The notes under the pieces were generated by a model, which was given only the letters and a program-made list of their open reading frames with translations, made no database searches and was not told where the DNA came from. From assembly GCA_045534675.1 (NCBI GenBank), contig JAZSKE010000031.1:20043-84042 (forward strand): DNA of 64,000 bases, read 5' to 3'. The stretch is from Acutalibacteraceae bacterium (GTDB taxonomy: Bacteria > Bacillota > Clostridia > Oscillospirales > Acutalibacteraceae). This document shows, one piece after another, positions 16,518 through 27,179 of the stretch (positions are counted from its first letter, which is position 1; each line of letters starts with the position of its first letter). Position numbers and translations under genes: made by a program.

Positions 16518-18500
16518 ATGAACGAAAACAACAATAACTCAACAAAGTCAAAAAACAACAATTCGTCTAAAAATAAGAATAAGACTAAACCCTTCTATTT
16601 CAAAAAGAAAAAGTCACAGAGTAAGAAGACGTTGGAAAATAAAGTTAATGAGGCAAAGGGTGCAGTTAATGACCTGAAGCTTTATGAAAAGATTGAGACT
16701 GAGCCTAAAAAGAAACAGGAGAAGAAATCAGCTCCGCAGGCACAGAAAAAGGTGCAGAATAAAAAGCCTCAGGAAACCAAAGCGGCACCTCAGAAAAAGC
16801 AGACAAGTCAGACTAAAAAGTCTGCAGTGCCGCCTAAAAAGGCAAAGCCTATTAAGGTTTCTTTCCTTGGCGGACTCGGTGAGGTTGGTAAGAATATAAC
16901 ACTTTTTGAATATGACGGTGATATGATTATCATCGACTGCGGCCTTGCTTTCCCCGATGAGGATATGCCCGGTGTAGATATCGTTATTCCCGATTTCACT
17001 CATATTGAAAAGAACTTTGACAGAATAAAGGGTATATGTATCACACACGGCCACGAAGACCACATCGGCTCACTTGCATATCTGCTCAAAAAAATCAATA
17101 TTCCCGTTTACAGCACCCGTCTGACAAACGGCCTTATTGAGGGAAAGCTCCGTGAACACAATCTTCTTGACAAGGCAAAGCTCAATGTTGTTTCACCCGG
17201 TCAGACTGTAACACTCGGCAAATTCAGAGTTGAGTTTATTCATGTCAACCATTCAATTCCCGATGCAGTCGGCTTTGCAATTATGTGTGACGGCGGTACT
17301 GTTGTACACACAGGTGACTTCAAGATTGACTCCACACCCATAGACGGCGGTATGATTGATATTGCCCGTTTTGCAGAGCTTGGCAAGCAGGGTGTGCTGT
17401 GTATGATGGCAGACTCAACAAATGCCGAAAGACAGGGCTTTACAGAAAGTGAAAGCAAGGTAGGCGCATCCTTTGAAATGCTCTTTCAGAAGGCTGAAAA
17501 CAGGCGCATTATCGTTGCAACCTTTGCATCGAATATACACAGGGTACAGCAGATTATCAACGTTGCCGAAAAATCCGGCAGAAAGGTTGCACTGTCGGGC
17601 AGAAGCCTTGAAAACGTTGTTGCAGTTGCATCTGAACTCGGCTATCTGAATGTTCCTGAAGGTATACTCATTAAGCTTGACATGATAAAGCACTACACCG
17701 ATAAGGAGCTCGTGCTTATAACAACAGGCTCTCAGGGTGAGCCTATGTCAGCTCTGACAAGAATGGCTATGCGTGACCACAGAAAGGTTTCCATAACACC
17801 TAATGACTATGTTATTATTTCGGCTACTCCCATACCCGGCAACGAAAAGACTGTCAGCAGGGTAGTGAACGAGCTTATGAAGCTGGGTGCCGAGGTTGTT
17901 TATGAAAAGATGTATGATGTGCATGTTTCAGGTCATGCCTGCCGTGAAGAATTAAAGCTTATGCTTGGTATTGTAAAGCCCAAGTATTTTATGCCGGTAC
18001 ACGGCGAGCAGAAGCACCTTCTCAAGCATGCTGACCTTGCTGAAAATATGGGCATCCCCGCAGATAATATTATCATAGCCGATAACGGCTCCCTTATTGA
18101 AATAAGCGAAAAACACATCAAGCGTATCGGCAGTGTACCTGCAGGACGCACTCTTATTGACGGCTCAGGTGTGGGCGACGTAGGCAGCACTGTTCTTCGT
18201 GACAGAAAGCATCTTGCCGAAGACGGCATTATTGTTATCGTTGCCTGTGTTGACGCTGTTACGGGCGAGCTTGTTTCAGGCCCTGATGTTGTGTCAAGAG
18301 GCTTCGTCTTTGTCAGAGAGTCAACAGACCTTATTGACGAGGCACAGAGAGTGGCATATGACACCATAATGCGTTGCCATGACAGAAATATTTATGATTG
18401 GGGTGCAATCAAGGGCAGACTTCGTGATGATGTTTCCAAGCTTATGTACGAAAGAACCAAACGCTATCCCATGATACTTCCCATACTTATGGAGAACTGA
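16518..18500 (+). CDS. rnj: Ribonuclease J with ~110-aa Lys/Asn-rich N-terminal extension
   Basis: HGHEDHIG metallo-beta-lactamase motif, beta-CASP region and C-terminal domain. The ORF opens at GTG 16503, but ATG 16518 is the more plausible start. Confidence 0.9.
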   Translation: MNENNNNSTKSKNNNSSKNKNKTKPFYFKKKKSQSKKTLENKVNEAKGAVNDLKLYEKIETEPKKKQEKKSAPQAQKKVQNKKPQETKAAPQKKQTSQTKKSAVPPKKAKPIKVSFLGGLGEVGKNITLFEYDGDMIIIDCGLAFPDEDMPGVDIVIPDFTHIEKNFDRIKGICITHGHEDHIGSLAYLLKKINIPVYSTRLTNGLIEGKLREHNLLDKAKLNVVSPGQTVTLGKFRVEFIHVNHSIPDAVGFAIMCDGGTVVHTGDFKIDSTPIDGGMIDIARFAELGKQGVLCMMADSTNAERQGFTESESKVGASFEMLFQKAENRRIIVATFASNIHRVQQIINVAEKSGRKVALSGRSLENVVAVASELGYLNVPEGILIKLDMIKHYTDKELVLITTGSQGEPMSALTRMAMRDHRKVSITPNDYVIISATPIPGNEKTVSRVVNELMKLGAEVVYEKMYDVHVSGHACREELKLMLGIVKPKYFMPVHGEQKHLLKHADLAENMGIPADNIIIADNGSLIEISEKHIKRIGSVPAGRTLIDGSGVGDVGSTVLRDRKHLAEDGIIVIVACVDAVTGELVSGPDVVSRGFVFVRESTDLIDEAQRVAYDTIMRCHDRNIYDWGAIKGRLRDDVSKLMYERTKRYPMILPILMEN

Positions 18501-18501
18501 T

Positions 18502-20460
18502 ATGAAAAAACTTTGGAAGATATATGATTTATCTTTAATATTTATAATTGTCGGCATATTCTTTTGCGGAGTGACTGCTACCTACAGCTATATTCTTTCG
18601 GCTGTTGAGCTTGCCATTGTGATACTTTTTGCTTTGGGTAAATATTTTTATTACAAGGCAAGGCACGAAAAGCTTCTTTTCAGGGTGAAAACCGTAACGG
18701 ATGAGCTTACTTTTTCCGAGGGCAAAGCCTTTGAAATTCTGACAATTCCCTGTGTTGTTATTGAAAAAGACGGCACTATTATCTGGTTTAACGACAGCTT
18801 TAAGGGTACCTTTAAAATCAGCGATGACATTTCAGTGAGCAATTTAAAGGAGCTTCTTCGCAAAAACTCAATTGATAAGCTCCTTGAAGGCAGAGGTCAC
18901 AAGCTGAAGACGGGCGGAATGTATTTCTCTGTTTATTCAAGTGAAATCAAGGTGGAGGAGGATGAAATTTATCTTCTTTACTTCATTGATGAAACTGAGC
19001 TTCGCCTGACGGAGAAGGAATTTATCGACACAAGACCTTCAATTATGCTCACCGTGGTTGATAATGCAGACGAAATATACACCGACTTCAAAGAGAGCGA
19101 CTGTGCTGCAATTTTCTCCAAGACCGAGCAGATGATAGAGCAGTGGGTAGGTGCTTACGGCGGACTTTGCAGAAAATATTCCAATGTAAGAATGCTTGTT
19201 TTTCTTGAAGAAAGATCCCTCCAGAGAATGATAAGCGATAAGTTTTCAATTCTCGACAAAATAAGAGAATTCACCTATGACGGCAAAAGCACAGACCTTA
19301 CACTCAGCATCGGTATAGGTCACGAAAAGGATTTAAGTGAAAGCAACAACTCTGCAAAGCAGGCTCTTGATATGGCTCAGAGCCGCGGCGGTGACCAGGT
19401 TGCCATTAAAGACGGTACTCAGTATAATTTCTATGGCGGTGTGTCATCAGGCAGAGAAAAGAAAAACAAGGTCAAGACAAGAATTATTGCAAACACAATG
19501 TCTGAAATAATCCGCGGCAGCAGCAATGTGCTTATTATGGGTCACAGATTTTCCGATTTTGACGCTTTCGGCTCTGCTGTAGGTATGCAGTGTATAGTTT
19601 CACATTTCGGCAAGGAATGTAATATTGTTGTCAACCGCAAGAATACTCTTGCAGCTCCTTTGATTGATTTATTCATAGAGGAAAAAGGCGAGGATATTAT
19701 AATTTCTCCCGAAAAAGCTCTTTCAAAGAAGGGTAATGATACCCTTGTCATTGTTGTGGACACTCATAAGGCTGATTTCACAGACTGTCCCGAGCTTCTT
19801 GACGGCAGGGGTAAAACTGTTGTTATTGACCACCACAGAAAGAGCGTTGATTATATCGAAAACAGTGTGCTGTTTTATCATATGCCCAATTCATCGTCTG
19901 CAAGTGAAATGGTAACTGAAATTGCCCAATATATCGATGCCAAGCCGGTGCTTGACAAGTTTTCATCACTTGCTCTGTTTTCGGGTATTATGCTTGACAC
20001 AAGAAACTTCATTCTCAGAGCCGGTGTGCGTACCTTTGAGGCTGCAGCATATCTTCGCTCAAGAGGTGCAAGTACTGTTGAGAGTAAAAAGCTTTTCTCA
20101 AATGATATGGATATATTCCGTAGCCGTAATGCAATTATTGACGAAGCAGAAACCTACAGAGAGTGCGCCTTATCTATTGCTCCCGAGGGTATTGAAAACA
20201 TTCGCCTTGTCACTTCTCAGGCGGCTGATGAAATGCTCAATATTGAAGGCGTAAAGGCTTCATTTGTCCTTTATTACAATGTAGACGGAGTTAATATTTC
20301 AGCCAGAAGTTACGGCGAAATGAATGTTCAGCTTATTATGGAGGCACTCGGAGGCGGTGGTCATCAGACCATGTCTGCCTGCCAGATAGCAGATATTGAT
20401 ATGGATAACGCTCTTATTAAACTCAAGGGTGCCATTGACGAATATATAAGTAATTTATAA
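18502..20460 (+). CDS. gdpP: GdpP-type cyclic-di-AMP phosphodiesterase (TM-PAS-degenerate GGDEF-DHH/DHHA1)
   Basis: Two N-terminal TM helices, an RGGDQV degenerate GGDEF, VIDHHR (DHH) and GGGHQTMSA (DHHA1). Conserved gdpP-rplI-dnaB order. Confidence 0.85.
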   Translation: MKKLWKIYDLSLIFIIVGIFFCGVTATYSYILSAVELAIVILFALGKYFYYKARHEKLLFRVKTVTDELTFSEGKAFEILTIPCVVIEKDGTIIWFNDSFKGTFKISDDISVSNLKELLRKNSIDKLLEGRGHKLKTGGMYFSVYSSEIKVEEDEIYLLYFIDETELRLTEKEFIDTRPSIMLTVVDNADEIYTDFKESDCAAIFSKTEQMIEQWVGAYGGLCRKYSNVRMLVFLEERSLQRMISDKFSILDKIREFTYDGKSTDLTLSIGIGHEKDLSESNNSAKQALDMAQSRGGDQVAIKDGTQYNFYGGVSSGREKKNKVKTRIIANTMSEIIRGSSNVLIMGHRFSDFDAFGSAVGMQCIVSHFGKECNIVVNRKNTLAAPLIDLFIEEKGEDIIISPEKALSKKGNDTLVIVVDTHKADFTDCPELLDGRGKTVVIDHHRKSVDYIENSVLFYHMPNSSSASEMVTEIAQYIDAKPVLDKFSSLALFSGIMLDTRNFILRAGVRTFEAAAYLRSRGASTVESKKLFSNDMDIFRSRNAIIDEAETYRECALSIAPEGIENIRLVTSQAADEMLNIEGVKASFVLYYNVDGVNISARSYGEMNVQLIMEALGGGGHQTMSACQIADIDMDNALIKLKGAIDEYISNL

Positions 20461-20474
20461 CGGAGGTAAAATAT

Positions 20475-20915
20475 ATGAAAGTTGTATTAAAACAGGATGT
20501 AAAAGGCCTTGGTAAGAAAGGTGAGCTTGTTAATGCAAGTGACGGCTATGCAAGAAATTTCCTTTTCCCGAAAAATCTTGCCGTTGAAGCAAATGCTCAG
20601 AATATGACAGAACTTAAAAACCGTGAACAGGCTGAAAAGTACAAAATAGCAACAGAAACTGCTGCTGCTGAAAAGGCTGCTGCTGAAATGAACGGCAAAA
20701 CAATTGTTATCACTGCAAAGGCAGGTGCCAACGGCAAGCTTTTCGGCAGTGTAACGGCAAAGGAAATTGCTGAAAAAATCGAAAAGGATTTCGGTGTCAA
20801 GACTGATAAAAGAAAGATTACAGTTGAAGATATCAAGCAGTTCGGCACATTCCCCTTTGAAATCAAGCTCTATTCAGGCGTAACTGCAAAGCTTTTCGTT
20901 CGTGTAGGAGAATAA
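20475..20915 (+). CDS. rplI: 50S ribosomal protein L9
   Basis: MKVVLKQDVKGLGKKGELVNASDGYARNFLFP signature. Confidence 0.95.
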   Translation: MKVVLKQDVKGLGKKGELVNASDGYARNFLFPKNLAVEANAQNMTELKNREQAEKYKIATETAAAEKAAAEMNGKTIVITAKAGANGKLFGSVTAKEIAEKIEKDFGVKTDKRKITVEDIKQFGTFPFEIKLYSGVTAKLFVRVGE

Positions 20916-20952
20916 TCAAAACAAAGAAGTATTTAAAATTGAGGTGAGTTAA

Positions 20953-22335
20953 TTGGACAGAGAAAGATCACTGACATCCCTTGATGATGTAAGTATGCCT
21001 TATTCTCTTGAAGCTGAGCAGGCTGTGCTCGGCTCGATACTCATTGACCCAACCTGCATAACTCAGGTTAATATTGCAATAAGACCTGACTATTTCTATC
21101 TGCCTCAGCATAGGGCGATATTCACAATTATGCAGGAAATTGATGCTCTTGGCGGCAAAATTGACCCTCTGATAGTTCTTGAAAAGCTTAAAGAAGAAAA
21201 GGTCTATGACGATGCAGGCGGTAAGCAGTACCTCTTTCAGCTGGCTGAAGTGGTACCCACAACAGAAAATGTGGAAGCATATGCAAACATAATCCGTGAG
21301 CAGTATTACAAAAGGTCACTTATTAATGTTTCAAAAACCATAATTGACGATGTTGCTTCCTCAAGTGAGTCTGCTGATTCTCTTTTAGAGGTTGCCGAGC
21401 AGAAAATCTACGATATCCGTCAGGGCAGAGTTACAAGAGGTCCTGCAAAAATCGGCGATATTATAGTCAATGAGGTTTACGATAAACTGCAGAAATTAAG
21501 CGGTGCCGACAAGGATAAATATAAGGGTTATACCACGGGCTTTATTGATCTTGATAAAGCTATTACGGGTCTTAACAAATCTGACCTTCTTATTATCGGT
21601 GCGCGTCCCGCTATGGGTAAAACCAGCCTTGCCCTCAACCTTGCAAGAAACACTGCAATGATGGGCAAAAAAAAGGTGCTTTTCTTCTCTCTTGAAATGA
21701 CAAAGGAACAGCTTGCACAGAGAGTACTCTCAACAGAAGCGAGAGTTGAAAGCACAAAAATGAGAACAGGTAACATAACAGGTGAGGAATGGACAAAGCT
21801 TGCAACTGCAACGGCACTCCTTTCAAACTGTGAGCTTTACTTTGACGACACATCAAATATGACAGTTTCGGAAATGAAGTCAAGAATCAGACGCCTTCGT
21901 GATGTTGATGCAGTTTTTGTTGACTACCTTCAGCTTATGAAAAGCGGTTCAAGGTCAGAAAGCCGTGTTCAGGAGGTTTCTGAAATCACACGAAACTTAA
22001 AACTCATGGCAAAGGACCTCAATATCCCCGTTGTTGTTTTGGCTCAGCTTGCCCGTTCAACCGAAGGCAGAGGCAAAAGCCATAAGCCTCAGCTTTCCGA
22101 CCTTCGTGAATCAGGCTCAATCGAGCAGGATGCCGACATAGTAATTATGCTTTACAGAGAAGAATACTATGCTGCCGAAAAGGATGAGGCACCCGACGAA
22201 GACAGACCTGCAATCAACGAGGCTGAATTCATTATTGCTAAAAACCGTCACGGCCCCACAACCTCAATCAAGGTTGCGTGGAACGGTGACTACACTCTCT
22301 TCTCAAATCTGGAGCAGATAAGAAATGATATGTAA
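20953..22335 (+). CDS. dnaB: Replicative DNA helicase
   Basis: TTG start after GAGGTG. PYSLEAEQAVLGSIL N-terminal motif, Walker A GARPAMGKTS, and ESGSIEQDADIV. Confidence 0.95.
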   Translation: MDRERSLTSLDDVSMPYSLEAEQAVLGSILIDPTCITQVNIAIRPDYFYLPQHRAIFTIMQEIDALGGKIDPLIVLEKLKEEKVYDDAGGKQYLFQLAEVVPTTENVEAYANIIREQYYKRSLINVSKTIIDDVASSSESADSLLEVAEQKIYDIRQGRVTRGPAKIGDIIVNEVYDKLQKLSGADKDKYKGYTTGFIDLDKAITGLNKSDLLIIGARPAMGKTSLALNLARNTAMMGKKKVLFFSLEMTKEQLAQRVLSTEARVESTKMRTGNITGEEWTKLATATALLSNCELYFDDTSNMTVSEMKSRIRRLRDVDAVFVDYLQLMKSGSRSESRVQEVSEITRNLKLMAKDLNIPVVVLAQLARSTEGRGKSHKPQLSDLRESGSIEQDADIVIMLYREEYYAAEKDEAPDEDRPAINEAEFIIAKNRHGPTTSIKVAWNGDYTLFSNLEQIRNDM

Positions 22336-23638
22336 GGTTAAAAACACAATTGAAAAGCACCGTATGCTTGAGAATATCACTTCCGTAGCTGTCGGAGTTT
22401 CCGGCGGTGCTGATTCAATGTGCCTTCTTCATATTTTAAGTAAATTAAAGGAAGAATATAGTATAATCCTCAAAGCCGTACACATCAACCACGGCATCAG
22501 AGGCGATGAGGCTCTGCGTGACGAAAATGCCGTAAGGGCTTACTGTGAAAAATCAGGTATTGAGCTTCTTGTTTTTTATAAAGATATTCCGTACCTTGCC
22601 AAGGAAATGGGTCTGGGAGAGGAAGAATGTGGCAGACAAGTGCGCTATGAGTGCTTCTCTGAGGCTCACTGTGATGCGGTAGCAACGGCACACAGCTTGT
22701 CTGACAGTATCGAAACCCTGATTTTCAACCTTTCCCGAGGTACGGGAACAAAGGGTCTTTGCGGAATACCTCCCGTAAGAGACGGTAATATAATCAGACC
22801 GTTGATAGACTGCACCCGTGAGGAGATAGAAAATTACTGTAAGGAAAACGGCGTGCCTTATGTCACAGACAGCACCAATCTTACCGATGATTACAAGCGT
22901 AATTATATCCGACATAAAATTGTACCTGCTCTTTCCGAGGTCAACGAAGGCTATGCCCGTAACATAAGCTCCGCTCTTGAAATTCTCAGGTGTGAGAGTG
23001 ATTTCATAGACGGTGAAGCCCGCAGGCTTATTAGTGACAGCAAATGCGATAAAGGCTACAACAGATGCTGCTTTCTTTCGGCTCACGAGGCCGTGAGGAA
23101 AAGAGCCGTTTCAATTCTCCTTCGCAGTAAAATGAATAAGACTACAGAGAAACGCCATATAGACCTTGCCGACAAAATAATTTTATCGGGTCAGGGAAAA
23201 AATGAAATCTCAAAAGACTTGTATATTTGCTGTGAGAGTGATATAATATCCTTTCAAAGTCACAGAGAATTGCCTCAGGAGTGGGAGTGTGTCGGAAATG
23301 CAGGCCGCTTTGATACTCCTTACGGTACTTTTGTTCTTGCAAAAGGTAGCGTTTCTGATATAAAAAATAAAGATGCCGTTGACGGCGATAAGCTTTGCGG
23401 TGCTTTAAAAATGACAAGTCGCAGACCGGGCGACAGCTTTTATTCAAAAAGAAGGAAAAATACAAAGAGCCTGAAAAAGCTCTTCAATGAAGATAAAATT
23501 CCGGAAGAAAAAAGAGAGGAGTACGCTGTACTCAGATGCGAGGACACTCTTATCTGGCTTGAAAATTACGGAACTGACGGTAATTTTTTGCCGGGCAAGA
23601 ACACAAAAAATATTTTGATAATAAAAAAGGACGGTTAA
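22325..23638 (+). CDS. tilS: tRNA(Ile)-lysidine synthase
   Basis: PP-loop VGVSGGADS. Conserved tilS-hpt-ftsH order. Confidence 0.9.
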   Translation: MICKVKNTIEKHRMLENITSVAVGVSGGADSMCLLHILSKLKEEYSIILKAVHINHGIRGDEALRDENAVRAYCEKSGIELLVFYKDIPYLAKEMGLGEEECGRQVRYECFSEAHCDAVATAHSLSDSIETLIFNLSRGTGTKGLCGIPPVRDGNIIRPLIDCTREEIENYCKENGVPYVTDSTNLTDDYKRNYIRHKIVPALSEVNEGYARNISSALEILRCESDFIDGEARRLISDSKCDKGYNRCCFLSAHEAVRKRAVSILLRSKMNKTTEKRHIDLADKIILSGQGKNEISKDLYICCESDIISFQSHRELPQEWECVGNAGRFDTPYGTFVLAKGSVSDIKNKDAVDGDKLCGALKMTSRRPGDSFYSKRRKNTKSLKKLFNEDKIPEEKREEYAVLRCEDTLIWLENYGTDGNFLPGKNTKNILIIKKDG

Positions 23639-23641
23639 ACT

Positions 23642-24202
23642 ATGCATAAGGATATAGAGAGAGTTCTTTTCAGTGAAAAAGAGCTTGATGCCATTGTTGA
23701 AAGAATAGCAGGCGAAATCACGAACGACTACAAAGATAAAAATCTGCTTCTTGTCTGTGTCCTTAAGGGTTCAGTCTGTTTTATGGCAGATCTTATGCGT
23801 AAGATTGACCTTGACTATAAAATCGAATTTCTCAGAGCTAAAAGCTATCTGGCAGGTTGCAGCGAATCCTGCGGTGAGGTTGAGGTTAAAAGTGAAATAG
23901 AAAATCTTGACCAATATGATGTACTCATAGTTGAAGACATATTTGACAGCGGCAGAACACTCCAGAGTGTTACTGCCAAAATGCTTGAAGACGGAGCAAG
24001 AAGTGTCAGATGCTGCAGTCTTCTCGATAAACCCGAAAGACGCGCCAAAGAGGTAACAATGACTCTCGACTACGTTGGCGAGAAAATCCCAAACGCCTTT
24101 GTTGTAGGCTACGGTCTTGACTACAGTGAAAACTACAGAGGTCTTCCCTATGTAGGTATACTTAAAAGAGAGATTTACGACAATTCACAAGCAAATGCTT
24201 GA
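23642..24202 (+). CDS. hpt: Hypoxanthine phosphoribosyltransferase
   Basis: PRPP-binding motif LIVEDIFDSGRTL. Confidence 0.92.
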   Translation: MHKDIERVLFSEKELDAIVERIAGEITNDYKDKNLLLVCVLKGSVCFMADLMRKIDLDYKIEFLRAKSYLAGCSESCGEVEVKSEIENLDQYDVLIVEDIFDSGRTLQSVTAKMLEDGARSVRCCSLLDKPERRAKEVTMTLDYVGEKIPNAFVVGYGLDYSENYRGLPYVGILKREIYDNSQANA

Positions 24203-24220
24203 TTAAGGAGTGATTATATA

Positions 24221-26167
24221 TTGGATAATAACAACAACGCCAAACCCAATGCACCTCAGGGTGCAAGCAAGTGGGGCAATCTGCTTTATATTATCGTACC
24301 TGTGCTGCTTATTGTGGCAATTGCATCATTTATGGGTACTCAGAATAAAGAGGAAGCTCCTAAATACTATCAGGTGGTTGAGCAGTTCCGCAGCGGTGAA
24401 ATAAGTGAATATAAGCTTAATCTTTCAAGCGGTGCCCTCGAATACATCATAAAAGGTGAAGAGAAGGTTACAAAGTATGTAGTGCCAAATGTTGATATTT
24501 TTCTCAATGATGTTCATAACTACATTACTGAATATAATCTGAGTAACCCCGACGCAAAGATTAAATATGACTATATCAGAGGCTCCAACTCTGCCGTATG
24601 GGCAAGTGTTCTGCCGTCAATATTTATGACCCTTCTGCTTGTAGGCATGCTCTTCTACTTCTACCGTAAAATGGGTCAGAATATGCAGAATGAAAGCCAC
24701 CACGCTCTCACCTTCGGTAAGGCAAGAATCAAGCTTGGCAAAGATGAAAAGCGTAAAACAACCTTCAAGGATGTTGCAGGTGCCGACGAAGAAAAGGCTG
24801 AGCTTGAAGAAATTGTTGACTTCCTTCGCTCTCCTGAAAACTATCAGGCTCTCGGTGCAAGAATACCTAAGGGTGTGCTTCTTGTAGGCCCTCCGGGTAC
24901 AGGTAAAACTCTTCTTGCAAGAGCAGTTGCCGGTGAAGCAGGTGTTCCCTTCTTCTCTATTTCAGGTTCAGACTTTGTTGAAATGTATGTAGGTGTGGGT
25001 GCTTCACGAGTAAGAGACCTTTTTGACCAGGCTAAGAAAAACTCACCTTCAATTCTTTTCATAGACGAAATTGATGCCGTGGGCAGACACAGAGGCGCAG
25101 GTATGGGCGGCGGCCACGATGAAAGAGAGCAGACTCTCAATCAGCTTCTTATCGAAATGGACGGTTTCGGTGCTAACGAAGGCGTTATCATTATTGCTGC
25201 AACCAACAGACCTGACATCCTTGACCCTGCACTTCTCAGACCGGGCAGATTTGACCGTCAGCTCACCGTCGGCAGACCTGATATCAAGGGCAGAGAAGAA
25301 ATTCTCAAGGTACACGCAAGAAACAAGCCTCTTGCTCCTGATGTAAGCCTTAAAACAATTGCAAAATCAACTGTAGGCTTTACAGGTGCAGACCTTGAAA
25401 ATCTTCTCAATGAAGCTGCGCTTCTTGCTGCAAGACGCAAAAAGAAGGCAATTACCATGACTGAAATTGAAGAAGCAACCATCAAGTGTGTTGTGGGTAC
25501 TGAAAAGAAGTCCCATAAGATTACCGATAAAGAAAAGAAGCTTACGGCCTTCCATGAGGCAGGTCATGCAGTGGCTGCTTATTTCACTGAGGGTCAGGAC
25601 CCTGTACACGAAATTTCAATTATCCCCAGAGGTATGGCAGGCGGCTACACAATGCAGCTTCCTGAAAATGACAGCAACTATATGTCAAGAGATGAAATGC
25701 TCGGTGAACTTGTTGTCCTTCTCGGCGGCAGAGTAGCTGAAGCACTTGTACTTGGTGATATTTCAACAGGCGCATCAAATGATATTGAAAGAGCTACTTC
25801 TATTGCAAGAGATATGGTTACACGCTACGGTATGAGTGAAAAGCTCGGCCCCGTTTCCTATACATCAGGCGACAGAGAGGTTTTCCTCGGCAAAGACTAT
25901 GGCAATATGAAGAATTATTCTGAAAATGTTGCTGCAGATATTGACAGTGAAATCAAAGAGATAATCACCAATGCTTACGCAAAGTGTGAAAACATTCTTA
26001 AAACTCACGGTGACAATCTCAGCAGTGTTGCAGAATATCTCATTGAAAATGAAAAGGCCGACAGAGAAACCTTTGAGGCTATTATGAAAGGCGAGTATAT
26101 CAAAGAAGAAAAGCCCGAAGTTGCAGAGTCAGAGGTTGTAACTACTGAAGAAACTGCAGAGGAATAA
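24221..26167 (+). CDS. ftsH: ATP-dependent zinc metalloprotease FtsH
   Basis: TTG start after [14 protein letters not shown] Walker A, SRH region, and HEAGHA zinc motif. Confidence 0.97.
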   Translation: MDNNNNAKPNAPQGASKWGNLLYIIVPVLLIVAIASFMGTQNKEEAPKYYQVVEQFRSGEISEYKLNLSSGALEYIIKGEEKVTKYVVPNVDIFLNDVHNYITEYNLSNPDAKIKYDYIRGSNSAVWASVLPSIFMTLLLVGMLFYFYRKMGQNMQNESHHALTFGKARIKLGKDEKRKTTFKDVAGADEEKAELEEIVDFLRSPENYQALGARIPKGVLLVGPPGTGKTLLARAVAGEAGVPFFSISGSDFVEMYVGVGASRVRDLFDQAKKNSPSILFIDEIDAVGRHRGAGMGGGHDEREQTLNQLLIEMDGFGANEGVIIIAATNRPDILDPALLRPGRFDRQLTVGRPDIKGREEILKVHARNKPLAPDVSLKTIAKSTVGFTGADLENLLNEAALLAARRKKKAITMTEIEEATIKCVVGTEKKSHKITDKEKKLTAFHEAGHAVAAYFTEGQDPVHEISIIPRGMAGGYTMQLPENDSNYMSRDEMLGELVVLLGGRVAEALVLGDISTGASNDIERATSIARDMVTRYGMSEKLGPVSYTSGDREVFLGKDYGNMKNYSENVAADIDSEIKEIITNAYAKCENILKTHGDNLSSVAEYLIENEKADRETFEAIMKGEYIKEEKPEVAESEVVTTEETAEE

Positions 26168-26174
26168 AATATTA

Positions 26175-26214
26175 ATTCCCTTTTCCGATTTTTTTGGAAG
26201 AGGGAATATTTTTG
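26175..26214 (+). terminator. Intrinsic terminator after ftsH
   Basis: 12-bp stem ATTCCCTTTTCC / GGAAGAGGGAAT followed by ATTTTTG. Confidence 0.8.
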
Positions 26215-26306
26215 TAGCCACAATTTAAAATTTCTCTTGTTATAAAGAAAAGTTTGTGCTATAATTATTTTGAATTTATATGCTATTCTCTTTGGGAGGT
26301 TTTTAT

Positions 26307-27167
26307 ATGATTGAATATATCAAGATGATAATTTTAGCACTTGTCTGTGGTGTGACAATGCCATTGCCCACATCCTCCGCAGCTCATTACAGTCTGCTGA
26401 GCTATGTTATGAATTTCAGAAGTAACGAGAACGCGTTGAGTTTTTATTTCGGCGTTTTCGGAATAACATTTTCAGTTGTTCTTTTCATTATGCTGCGCAA
26501 AATTTACATAAAAAGCCTTAAAGCACTTTTCACAAGAGATAAGGAAAAGCTTGCCGCGCAGAAGCTTACAGCATATAAACCTCTTGTTAAGAATATGCTT
26601 ATTTCTCTTATTCCCATGGCTGTGCTTTTTATTCCCGTGGCAAAAGACACCTTGCTCATGGACTATTTTGATAAATTCCTCACTGCAAATTCTCTTTATC
26701 TGGTGGGTGTTGCCTGCGTTATCAATGCTCTTGTGCTTGTTGTTGCTATTTGGTACACAAGACAGAAGGCTAACGAACTCAAAAGAGTAAGCGACACAAA
26801 AAGCACTCTCAGAATGGCAGTTTACCAGGTGGTTTCTTATGTTGTACCCGGTTTTTCTCACATAGGCTCAGGCAGTGTAAATATGCTTATCAGCGATGTG
26901 AATCCCAGGGTTATAATCCGTGAAGTTTATCTTTATCTCGCGCCACATATGTTCATAATCAGCGTTTTCAAGGTGGTCAGAGCTATTCTGAATGATGTTA
27001 TTGTTGATATTGTACCCCTTGCAATTTCTGTTGTACTTTTCGGAGCTGCCGCATTTTTATGTGTGCATCTTGTGGGTAAATTCAGCATAAGAAAGCTTTT
27101 CCCTTTCTTTGCTGTTTACAGTGTGCTTCTCGGTGTACTTGCTGTGTGCGCAACATTTATAATATAA
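26307..27167 (+). CDS. UppP/BacA-family polytopic membrane protein with substituted catalytic residues
   Basis: GVTMPLPTSSAAH aligns to the BacA GLTEFLPVSSTGH motif, and VVPGFSHIGSG aligns to PGFSRSG. The start is placed at the ATG 7 nt after GGGAGG; the ORF opens at 26280. Confidence 0.55.
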   Translation: MIEYIKMIILALVCGVTMPLPTSSAAHYSLLSYVMNFRSNENALSFYFGVFGITFSVVLFIMLRKIYIKSLKALFTRDKEKLAAQKLTAYKPLVKNMLISLIPMAVLFIPVAKDTLLMDYFDKFLTANSLYLVGVACVINALVLVVAIWYTRQKANELKRVSDTKSTLRMAVYQVVSYVVPGFSHIGSGSVNMLISDVNPRVIIREVYLYLAPHMFIISVFKVVRAILNDVIVDIVPLAISVVLFGAAAFLCVHLVGKFSIRKLFPFFAVYSVLLGVLAVCATFII

Positions 27168-27179
27168 GAGGTTTAAAAT

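Noticed and set aside
24210-24404. 64-codon ORF overlapping the start of ftsH
   Set aside because: It is an alternate frame of the FtsH N-terminal region. The FtsH frame has the AAGGAG RBS and continuous homology.
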